The notes under the pieces are model-generated. The model was not told the origin of the DNA. It did no database searches and worked only from the letters and a program-made list of their open reading frames with translations. A stretch of 64,000 nucleotides of DNA from Tsukamurella paurometabola (GTDB lineage: Bacteria > Actinomycetota > Actinomycetes > Mycobacteriales > Mycobacteriaceae): assembly GCA_040391845.1 (NCBI GenBank), contig JBEBXD010000005.1, positions 8,159 through 72,158 of the forward strand. The letters are read 5' to 3'. Within the stretch, counting starts at the first letter, position 1, and every line of letters starts with the position of its first letter. Made by a program: the position numbers and the translations under genes. Below, piece after piece: positions 56,731-64,000 of this stretch.

Positions 56731-58411
56731 GGGTGCCTCCCTCCCTGCCCTCGGTGAGCGGCGTGTACGCGTGCCACCCGTCACCGTCGGGCATGGTGAG
56801 TTTCGCGGCCCCCTCGGGGCCGAGCACGGCCTCCACGTAGTCGGCCCGGCCGATCAGCTGGTCGGCGGCCCGGTCGGTGACCGTGAACATCGGACCGGCG
56901 AGGAGTGCGAGGAGCAGCCCCACGCCGAGGAGGCCCGCGGTGGGCGCCACCATGCTCAGCGGCATCCGGCCCGGGTCCTCGCGCTCGGCGAACTCGATCA
57001 CGTCGGCGTCGTTGAGCAGGGCCTGCGGATGCGCCACGGCCAGCTGCCCCTCCGGGGCGTCCGACCGGGGGCGCCAGAACGCCTTCGTCCACACGCGGAC
57101 CACCGCGTACAGGGTGAGCAGGCTGGTGATCACGCTCCCGGTGACCAGCACCCACGCCAGCACGGAGCCCTGGCGCACACCCGCCTCGAGCAGGCCGACC
57201 TTGCCGACGAAGCCCGAGAACGGCGGGATGCCACCGAGATTGAGCGCCGGCAGGAAGAACAGGATCGCGAGCACGGGGCTGGCGGCGGCGAGACCGCCCA
57301 GCCTGCGCAGCGTCGCGGCCCCGGCCTGGCGTTCGATGAGGCCCACCACCAGGAACAGCGTGGTCTGCACCAGGATGTGGTGCACCACGTAGTAGATCGT
57401 GGAGCTGAGGCCCAGCGGCGTCGAGAGCGCGATCCCGAAGATCATGTAGCCGATGTGGCTGACCAGGGTGAAGGAGAGCAGGCGCTTGATATCGGTCTGG
57501 GCGATGGCGCCGAGGATGCCCACGATCATGGTGAGCAGCCCGGCGATCATCAGCACGTCGTCGAGGCGTCCGCCCGGGAACAGCAGCGTGTGCGCCCGGA
57601 TGATCGCGTACACACCCACTTTGGTGAGCAGGCCGGCGAAGACCGCGGTGACGGGCGCGGGCGCCGTCGGATACGAGTCGGGCAGCCACGTCGACAGTGG
57701 GAACACAGCCGCTTTGATGCCGAACGCCACCAGCAGCACCGCGAACAGGGTGGTGCGGGTGCCCGAGGGCAGGCCCTGCAGCTTGATCGCCATATCGGCC
57801 AGGTTCAGCGTGCCGGTCGCGAAGTAGGCGTAGGCGATCCCCAGCAGGAACACGACGGACGAGACCATCGAGACCATCACGTAGGAGACGCCGGCCCGCA
57901 CCCGGTCGGCGCTGGCCCCCACCGTGAGGAGCACGAAGCTCGCGGCGAGCAGCATCTCGAAGGAGACGAACAGGTTGAACAGGTCGCCCGCGAGGAAGGC
58001 GTTGCACACGCCCGCTGCGAGGATCAGGTAGGTGGGGTAGAAGATCGAGACCGGCTGGTGCTCGTCGCCGTCCCGGATGCCCTGCCCCACCGAGTACACG
58101 AGGACGGCGAGCAGCACGATCGCGGAGATCAGCACCATCAGGGCCGCGAGCTGATCGGCGACCAGGGTGATGCCCAGCGGCGCGCCTTTCCCGTCGCGGT
58201 CGCCCCAGCCGCCCACGTGCAGCGCGACGGTGCCGTGCCGGTCCGTGTAGTACAGCATCGCGGCGGAGACGACCACGATCCCCGCGAGCGCCAGCAGCGA
58301 GATCAGGCGCTGCAGCCGGGGATGGCGGCCCATCACCATCGTGACGGCGGCGGCCACGATCGGCAGCACCGTGGGCAGGGGGATGAGGGCGAGCATCAAC
58401 GAGGCGTTCAT
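56723..58411 (-). CDS. mrpD: Na+/H+ antiporter Mrp subunit D (NuoN/ND2-like)
   Basis: 562-aa polytopic protein with proton-pumping NDH-type repeats. ATG 58411 overlaps the mrpC stop. Confidence 0.9.
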   Translation of the reverse strand: MNASLMLALIPLPTVLPIVAAAVTMVMGRHPRLQRLISLLALAGIVVVSAAMLYYTDRHGTVALHVGGWGDRDGKGAPLGITLVADQLAALMVLISAIVLLAVLVYSVGQGIRDGDEHQPVSIFYPTYLILAAGVCNAFLAGDLFNLFVSFEMLLAASFVLLTVGASADRVRAGVSYVMVSMVSSVVFLLGIAYAYFATGTLNLADMAIKLQGLPSGTRTTLFAVLLVAFGIKAAVFPLSTWLPDSYPTAPAPVTAVFAGLLTKVGVYAIIRAHTLLFPGGRLDDVLMIAGLLTMIVGILGAIAQTDIKRLLSFTLVSHIGYMIFGIALSTPLGLSSTIYYVVHHILVQTTLFLVVGLIERQAGAATLRRLGGLAAASPVLAILFFLPALNLGGIPPFSGFVGKVGLLEAGVRQGSVLAWVLVTGSVITSLLTLYAVVRVWTKAFWRPRSDAPEGQLAVAHPQALLNDADVIEFAEREDPGRMPLSMVAPTAGLLGVGLLLALLAGPMFTVTDRAADQLIGRADYVEAVLGPEGAAKLTMPDGDGWHAYTPLTEGREGGTHG

Positions 58412-58977
58412 CGCTGCTCCTCCCGCGCGTCCTTCTGCGTCGCCCGGTCGGGCAGCGGCAGTGCGCCGGTGTCCACCACGTCCACGCGGGCCTGCATGAG
58501 CTCCTCAGGGGTCAGGGGCTCGCCGTCGGGGCCGAACGCGTCGCCCAGGGCCGACGGTGCGCCGGTGATCGGATCGTCCGAGGCGTCGTAGTCGGGATCG
58601 TCGGAGGCGACGTCGACGTCGCGCTCGAGCACCTTGGTGTCCTCGGGGTCGTCGTCGACCTCGTCGTCGGTGTTGATGGTGAACGAGCGGTAGGCCAGCG
58701 CGAGGATGAACGCCGCCATGCCCATGGTGATCACGATGGCGGTGAGGATCATCGCCTGCGCCAACGGATCCGCCTCCGTGAGCCGCCCGTCCGAGAAGTA
58801 CCCGACGATGGGCGGGTTCCCCGGCGGCGAGGAGAGCGCGAGCAGCAGCAGGTTCACCGCGTTGCCGAACAGGATGATGCCCATGAGCATGCGGGTGAGG
58901 CTGCGGTCCAGCAGCAGGTACACCCCCGTGGCCACCATGACGGCGACCGCGGCGAAGAGCCCGACGTCGATGATCAC
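58408..58977 (-). CDS. mrpC: Na+/H+ antiporter Mrp subunit C (NuoK-like) with an acidic C-terminal tail
   Basis: GTG 58977 overlaps the mrpA stop as GTGA. VIIDVGLFAAVAVMVATGVYLLLDRSLTRMLMGIILFGNAVNLLLL is the NuoK/MnhC core. About 85 Asp/Glu/Pro-rich residues follow. Confidence 0.85.
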   Translation of the reverse strand: MIIDVGLFAAVAVMVATGVYLLLDRSLTRMLMGIILFGNAVNLLLLALSSPPGNPPIVGYFSDGRLTEADPLAQAMILTAIVITMGMAAFILALAYRSFTINTDDEVDDDPEDTKVLERDVDVASDDPDYDASDDPITGAPSALGDAFGPDGEPLTPEELMQARVDVVDTGALPLPDRATQKDAREEQR

Positions 58978-61877
58978 CGCGCACCACCTGCCGACTGCAC
59001 GGGAAGGGGCGAGGTCATATCGGCGGGGGAACCTTCCAAGTCGAGTCGCGCGCCGAGGCTGCGCAGTACGTCGAGCACGAGGCCGACGACGATGAGGTAG
59101 ACGCCGGCGTCGAAGATCAGTGCGGTCACCACCTTGACGTGGCCGAACACCGGCAGGGTGAACTCGACGGCCACGGACGACATGGCCGGCGCGCCCACGA
59201 GCAGCGAGACCACCGTCCCGGCCGCGGCGAGCAGGAGCCCGGTGCCGAGGATGCGGCCCGCGTCGAGGGGGAGCGCCTCGCCGATCTCGTATCGCCCGCC
59301 CGCCAGGTAACGCAGCACCAGGGCCAACCCGGCCGTGAGGCCGCCGGCGAAGCCGCCGCCGGGCGCGTTGTGGCCGGCGAAGAAGAAGTAGATCGACACC
59401 ACCATGAGGGTGGGGAACGCCAGCCGGGACGTGATCTCGAGGACCAGCGACCGGTGCCGCGGATCGCGCAGCGCGCTGCCGATCAGCCAGGTGTTCCCGG
59501 GGGAGGCGATCTCCGCCGCGGCGCGCTCGGCGCTCACCCGTGGCGCCGATCCGAAGCGGCGGTTGCGGAACACCAGGGATGCCACGCCGGTGGCGGCGAC
59601 CAGCAGCACCGAGATCTCGCCGAACGTGTCCCAGGCGCGGATGTCCACGAGGATCACGTTGACCGTGTTGTGGCCGTAGCCGAACTCGTAGGCCTGGCCG
59701 GGCAGACGGTCCGCGACCGGCGCCGCCACCCGGGCGCCGCGCGCCGCGACCGCGACCACGAGGACCATCGCCGCGACCGCCACGCCCAGCAGGGCGCGGG
59801 CGATCCGCGACGGCCGGTTGCCGGTGATCGGCGCCTCGGCGGGCAGCTTCCGCAGCACCAGGACGAATACGACCAGCGTGAGGGTCTCGACCAGGAACTG
59901 GGTCAGCGCGAGGTCGGGTGCGCCGTAGATCGCGAAGATCACGCCCGTGCCGTACCCGGTGACGCCGACCACGAGGACCGTCGCCAGGCGGTTCCGCAGG
60001 AGCACCGCGGTGAGCGAGGCGGCGCACATCAGCACCGAGACGGCGAGGAACAGGGGCGAGGCCTCGACCCGCAGGTCGGGGTGGGCGCGGGTGCCGAAGA
60101 CCAGCACGAGGACCGGCAGCAGCACCAGGGTCAGCAGGATCGTGCCCTGCGTCAGGGGCAGCGAACCGCGCTGCGTGCCCTGCGTCATGCGCAGCGAGAC
60201 GACGTCCGCCGCACGCAGGGTGGCGTCGTACAGCCTGTCCGCGTTCCCCAGCAGGACGCTGCCGCGGCGCCGCAGCCGCGCGAGCGGGCTGCGCGGCGCG
60301 GCGATCAGGACGCCGGTGCCGATGATCAGCACGGTGAGCAGCAGCGGCAGCGTCAGCCCGTGCCAGAGGGCGAGGTGGTAGCTCTCCTCCGCGGGTGGGA
60401 ACGCCTCGTCCGGGTATTCGGCGAGCACGCCGTCGAGCCGGAACGAGAGCACGCCGTCGATCAGGCAGAGCGCGGCGAGCAGCGCCGGCCCGGCCAGGAA
60501 CAGCGGGCTGATCGCGTGCATGCCCTCCACGGCGCTGGTCGGCTTCGACTGCCGCTTCCGGCCGAACGCGCCCCACAGGAAGCGGATGCTGTACGCCACC
60601 GTCAGCGCCGAACCGACGCACATTCCGACCAGCAGGATCAGCGGGATCGGGGCCGGCAGGGTGGCGTGCAGCATGGTCTCGAGCGCCGCCTCCTTGCCCA
60701 CGAAGCCGTACAGCGGCGGGATGCCCGCCATCGACGCGGCGGCGAGCGCCGCGATCACCGCGAGCGCCTTCTGCCGGTCACCGAGGAGCGCCAGGCGCCG
60801 GATGTCGCGGGTGCCGGTCGCGTGGTCGATGATGCCGACCACCATGAACAGGGTCGCTTTGAACAGCGCGTGCGCCGTCAGCATCGTCATGCCCGCGAGC
60901 GCGACGTTCCGCTCGCCCGTGCCGACGAGCACCATCAGCATGCCCAGCTGGCTGACGGTGCCGAACGCCAGGATCAGCTTGAGGTCGAACTCCCGCAGGG
61001 CGCGCCACCCCGCCAGGATCATGGTGAGGATGCCGAGACCCAGGACGATCACCCGCCACGCGGTCAGGTGCGCGAACGCGGGCGCGAGCAGTGCCACCAG
61101 CAAGACGCCGGCCTTCACCATCGCCGCGGCGTGCAGGTAGCCGGAGACCGGGGTGGGTGCGGCCATGGCGCCGGGCAGCCAGAAGTGGAAGGGCACGATC
61201 GCGGACTTGCTGATCGCGCCGATCAGGATGAGCACCACGCCCACCTCGACGCCGATGGAGATGGTCGACGGGTCGGCGGTGGCGCGGGCGATCACCTCGG
61301 AGAACAGGTAGCTGCCGTAGTGCTCGCCGAGCTCGATGATGCCGACCAGCATCGCGAGGCCGCCGAGCGTGGTGACCAGCAGCGCCTGGGTGGCGGCGCG
61401 GCGGCTGGTGGCGCGTTCGGCGTAGTAGCCCACGAGCAGGAAGCTCAGCACCGAGGTGAGCTCCCAGAAGACGTACATGACCAGCATGTTGTCGCTGACC
61501 ACGAGGCCGAACATGACGGCCATGAAGGCCACCATCTCCGCCGCGAAGGTGGGCAGCTTGCGGGTGTTGGTGACGCCCGTGAAGTAGCCGGCGCAGTACA
61601 CGAGGATGACGGCGCCGATGCCGAGGACCAGTACGGACATGATCGCCGACAGCGGGGTGAGCCGCAGGTCCACGTTCATGTTCAGCGCAGGGACCCACCG
61701 CACGGTCTCGGTGCGGTCGGGCTCGCCCGAGACGGGCCACACGGCGATGACCCACGCCAGCGCCGCCGCGGGCACGAGGGCGAGGCCGAGGAATCCGCGC
61801 GCGCCGAACCGACCGACCACCAATGGTGCGGCTAAGGTCGCCAATGACAAGCAGACAAGGATGACAAGCAAGGGCAC
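58974..61877 (-). CDS. mrpA: Na+/H+ antiporter Mrp subunit A with fused MrpB domain (NuoL-like)
   Basis: Track ORF 58974..62228. I chose GTG 61877 (VPLLVILVCLSLATLAAP...) so that it does not overlap the divergent lipoprotein gene. The NuoL-like N-terminal two thirds are followed by an MnhB-like C-terminus (GYGTGVIFAIYGAPDLALTQFLVE). Confidence 0.85.
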   Translation of the reverse strand: MPLLVILVCLSLATLAAPLVVGRFGARGFLGLALVPAAALAWVIAVWPVSGEPDRTETVRWVPALNMNVDLRLTPLSAIMSVLVLGIGAVILVYCAGYFTGVTNTRKLPTFAAEMVAFMAVMFGLVVSDNMLVMYVFWELTSVLSFLLVGYYAERATSRRAATQALLVTTLGGLAMLVGIIELGEHYGSYLFSEVIARATADPSTISIGVEVGVVLILIGAISKSAIVPFHFWLPGAMAAPTPVSGYLHAAAMVKAGVLLVALLAPAFAHLTAWRVIVLGLGILTMILAGWRALREFDLKLILAFGTVSQLGMLMVLVGTGERNVALAGMTMLTAHALFKATLFMVVGIIDHATGTRDIRRLALLGDRQKALAVIAALAAASMAGIPPLYGFVGKEAALETMLHATLPAPIPLILLVGMCVGSALTVAYSIRFLWGAFGRKRQSKPTSAVEGMHAISPLFLAGPALLAALCLIDGVLSFRLDGVLAEYPDEAFPPAEESYHLALWHGLTLPLLLTVLIIGTGVLIAAPRSPLARLRRRGSVLLGNADRLYDATLRAADVVSLRMTQGTQRGSLPLTQGTILLTLVLLPVLVLVFGTRAHPDLRVEASPLFLAVSVLMCAASLTAVLLRNRLATVLVVGVTGYGTGVIFAIYGAPDLALTQFLVETLTLVVFVLVLRKLPAEAPITGNRPSRIARALLGVAVAAMVLVVAVAARGARVAAPVADRLPGQAYEFGYGHNTVNVILVDIRAWDTFGEISVLLVAATGVASLVFRNRRFGSAPRVSAERAAAEIASPGNTWLIGSALRDPRHRSLVLEITSRLAFPTLMVVSIYFFFAGHNAPGGGFAGGLTAGLALVLRYLAGGRYEIGEALPLDAGRILGTGLLLAAAGTVVSLLVGAPAMSSVAVEFTLPVFGHVKVVTALIFDAGVYLIVVGLVLDVLRSLGARLDLEGSPADMTSPLPVQSAGGAR

Positions 61878-61941
61878 TCCGTCCTGGGTGAGCGGGGTGT
61901 CGTTCCTTTGAGATTCTACCGGTAGGCCTGTGGGGAGCTGC

Positions 61942-62385
61942 ATGGACCAGTTGACGGATCGTCCGATCACTTCATCGCGCTGGGCACGCGCCGCCGCCGC
62001 GGTGCTCGCCGCGGGGGGGCTGCTGTTCGCCGCGGGCTGCGGCGACGACGCGCAGGACTCGCCCTCCGCCGCCGTGACCCTGCCCGCGAGCTTCCCCAAG
62101 GACGACGTGCCGATTGTCGACGGCACGCTGATCGACGCGGGCGAACGCGGGCAGGGCGGCGTCACCGTGTTCAACGTGACGGTGCAGGCCGGGGACGGCG
62201 GCTTCGCGGCCGCGAAGAAGAAGCTCACCGACGCCGGCTATCTCGCGCTCGGCGCCGGCGCGGGCGCACCCGACAACGCCTCGCAGTCCGCGCAGTTCTC
62301 CGGCAAGGGATACGTGATCACCGTGAGCACCGTGCAGGCGGGCGCCGTCCCGAACGCGGTCTTCTACTCCGTCAGCAGGGGCTAG
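61942..62385 (+). CDS. Small lipoprotein of unknown function
   Basis: ATG 61942 gives MDQLTDRPITSSRWARAAAAVLAAGGLLFAAGCGDD, a signal peptide plus lipobox. The ~120-aa mature part has no motif I recognise. Confidence 0.65.
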   Translation: MDQLTDRPITSSRWARAAAAVLAAGGLLFAAGCGDDAQDSPSAAVTLPASFPKDDVPIVDGTLIDAGERGQGGVTVFNVTVQAGDGGFAAAKKKLTDAGYLALGAGAGAPDNASQSAQFSGKGYVITVSTVQAGAVPNAVFYSVSRG

Positions 62386-62559
62386 CGCGTTCTCGAACCC
62401 GCTCGAAACGCGATCGGGGCGAAGTATTTGCATCGTGACCTCGTAGAACGGCGGTTTCGGAACGCTGCTTCTCCACAGATTTGGGTACCTAACGTGTTTC
62501 GTCCACAGCGGCGGGCCGGCCGGGGCTGATCAGGCCGGCGGGACCGGCACGATCGGCTC

Positions 62560-63423
62560 ATGGGCAGTCACGATCTGATCGCCGCGCTCGCCGCGGGCAA
62601 TGGCGGAGTCGTCTCCCGCAGGCAGCTCGTGCGCGCAGGCGCAGGCGCCGCGGAGGTCGACGAACTCCGCCGGCGGAGGGCGCTCAGGGTGATCCGCCGC
62701 GGCTGGTACGAAACCCCCGGTGCCGACGCGGCAGTGGTCGCAGCGGTGCGCGCCGGCGCGACGGTCGCGTGTGTCTCGGCGCTGAAGCATCGGCCCGGGG
62801 TGTGGATCCCGCCGTATCAGCGGCGGCTCCACGTGCGGTGGTCCCGGTACCGGGACGCACCGAAGTTCGATGAGCAGTGCCGCGCCCACCGCACCCTGGC
62901 GACGCCGATCGCGGCGGTCGATGCGCTGCCGGAGGCGCTGGCCTGCGCAGCCAACTGCCTCGACCCGGACATGTTCGTGGCCGTCGCGGATTCCGTGCTG
63001 AGGCTCACCCCTCCGGTCGACCTCGCCGATATCCGGACCTGGTTCGAGGGTGCTCCGATGCGGACGCGCAGACTGCTCGAGCAGCTCGATCCGGCGGCTG
63101 AATCGGGGACTGAATCCGTCGTGCGGTATCGGCTGCGCAGCGCGCACATCGGGGTGCGCACACAGGTGGTGATACCCGGCGTGGGCAGGGTGGACCTGCT
63201 GGTCGGCGACCGCCTCATCATCGAGTGCGACAGCGACGGCCACCACAACGGTGATCGGCGCAAGGCCGACTGCAAGCGCGACCGCGCCTCCACCGTCGGC
63301 AACTACCGCGTGCTCCGGATCGACTACGACGAGGTGATGGACGAGCAGCAATGGGCCGCGTTCCTCCAGGAAGTCCTCTCTCTGGTCCGCAAGGGGCGGC
63401 ATCGTGGCACCACCGACTTCTGA
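62560..63423 (+). CDS. DUF559 / restriction-endonuclease-fold protein with an AbiEi-like N-terminal wHTH
   Basis: The N-terminus GVVSRRQLVRAGAGAAEVDELRRRRALRVIRRGWY is AbiEi_4-like. The C-terminus GRVDLLVGDRLIIECDSDGHH...YRVLRIDYDEV is DUF559/Vsr-like. This architecture is common in actinobacteria. Confidence 0.7.
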   Translation: MGSHDLIAALAAGNGGVVSRRQLVRAGAGAAEVDELRRRRALRVIRRGWYETPGADAAVVAAVRAGATVACVSALKHRPGVWIPPYQRRLHVRWSRYRDAPKFDEQCRAHRTLATPIAAVDALPEALACAANCLDPDMFVAVADSVLRLTPPVDLADIRTWFEGAPMRTRRLLEQLDPAAESGTESVVRYRLRSAHIGVRTQVVIPGVGRVDLLVGDRLIIECDSDGHHNGDRRKADCKRDRASTVGNYRVLRIDYDEVMDEQQWAAFLQEVLSLVRKGRHRGTTDF

Positions 63424-63491
63424 AACCGGGCCCGTGCTCGATCACGATGGAAATGATTCGCCCTACTCGCTCGGAGGCGCGGTTTCGGAAG

Positions 63492-64000
63492 CTACGCCCC
63501 GCGGCGGTCGGCGTACTCCTGCAGGGCCTGTACCTGCGCGGGGTCCAGGGAGGGCCGCACCGCCAGGCGCGCGGCCTCGACGTCCTCGGCGGTCACCGTG
63601 GCCGCGTCCAGGTCGCGGCGCATAGCGGTGAGCGCCGCCTCGCGCAGCAGCGCCGTGCAGTCGGCCGCCGAGTACCCGTCCAACTGCTCCGCCAGCGCGT
63701 CGAGGTCCACGTCGGCGAGGGGGATCGACCGCGAGCCGGTCCTCAGGATCTCCGCGCGGGCCTGCGCGTCCGGCGGCGGCACGAAGATCAGCCGCTCCAG
63801 GCGCCCCGGCCGCAGCAAGGCAGGGTCCACCAGGTCCGGCCGGTTCGTCGCGCCCAGCACCACCACGTCGCGCAGGGGCTCGGCGCCGTCGAGCTCGGTG
63901 AGCAGCGCGGCCACCACCTTGTCGCCCACCCCGGAATCGCTCGACTGCCCGCGCCGCGGCGCGAGCGCATCCACCTCGTCGAGGAAGATCAGCGACGGTG
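63492..64000 (-). CDS. AAA+ ATPase (CDC48/Rv0435c-like), C-terminal part; 5' end lies beyond the window
   Basis: The reverse-strand frame continues to the window edge. ...IFLDEVDALAPRRG...LLTELDG...VVVLGATNRPDLVDPALLRPGRLERLIFV is an AAA Walker B / second region of homology. Confidence 0.85.
   Translation of the reverse strand, partial: PSLIFLDEVDALAPRRGQSSDSGVGDKVVAALLTELDGAEPLRDVVVLGATNRPDLVDPALLRPGRLERLIFVPPPDAQARAEILRTGSRSIPLADVDLDALAEQLDGYSAADCTALLREAALTAMRRDLDAATVTAEDVEAARLAVRPSLDPAQVQALQEYADRRGA

Noticed and set aside
61878-61943. ATG 61943 (or the far upstream track start 62228) as the mrpA start
   Set aside because: It would overlap the divergent lipoprotein gene start (61942) head to head. 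The added residues are hydrophilic and lack MrpA similarity. GTG 61877 begins directly at the first TM helix.

Overview
Very GC-rich actinobacterial chromosome segment of Mycobacteriales type. It is almost entirely core-genome coding sequence. From about 14.1 kb to the end, the gene order follows what I recall of the M. tuberculosis Rv0407-Rv0435c region: fgd1-pta-ackA, pknG-glnH-glnX, mutT3, thiE, thiO-thiS-thiG, thiD-thiC, GNAT-def, DUF3263, LytR_C, sodC, carboxylate-amine ligase, AAA ATPase. Lineage-specific blocks interrupt this order. They are: (1) a HAMP adenylate cyclase coupled to ackA; (2) a siderophore-type ABC importer; (3) an ABC1/UbiB kinase plus a duplicated TetR after thiG; (4) an MFS / GAF-LuxR / beta-lactamase-like / Ser-Thr kinase / ABC-2 cluster; (5) a second thiD with ansP and a soluble Ser/Thr kinase; (6) an ABC-2 pair; (7) a six-gene Mrp antiporter operon. 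The first 13 kb carry the 5' part of an mce operon (yrbEA-yrbEB-mce x4), a VOC gene, an irtA/irtB-like pair with an IdeR-like box, and a third ABC exporter. Two TPP riboswitches are readable. I saw no rRNA, tRNA, CRISPR array, transposase or integrase. The clearest non-genic structure is an inverted pair of a double-palindrome repeat (53/55 identical core) bracketing the pknG-to-mutT3 block. The most interesting gene-context observations are: protein kinases tightly coupled to both TPP-riboswitch operons; a membrane Ser/Thr kinase whose 3' end overlaps a beta-lactamase-like lipoprotein gene; and an adenylate cyclase coupled to ackA. None of these can be proven to be a new system from sequence alone. 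All coordinates and identities were derived by hand from the sequence and the ORF track.
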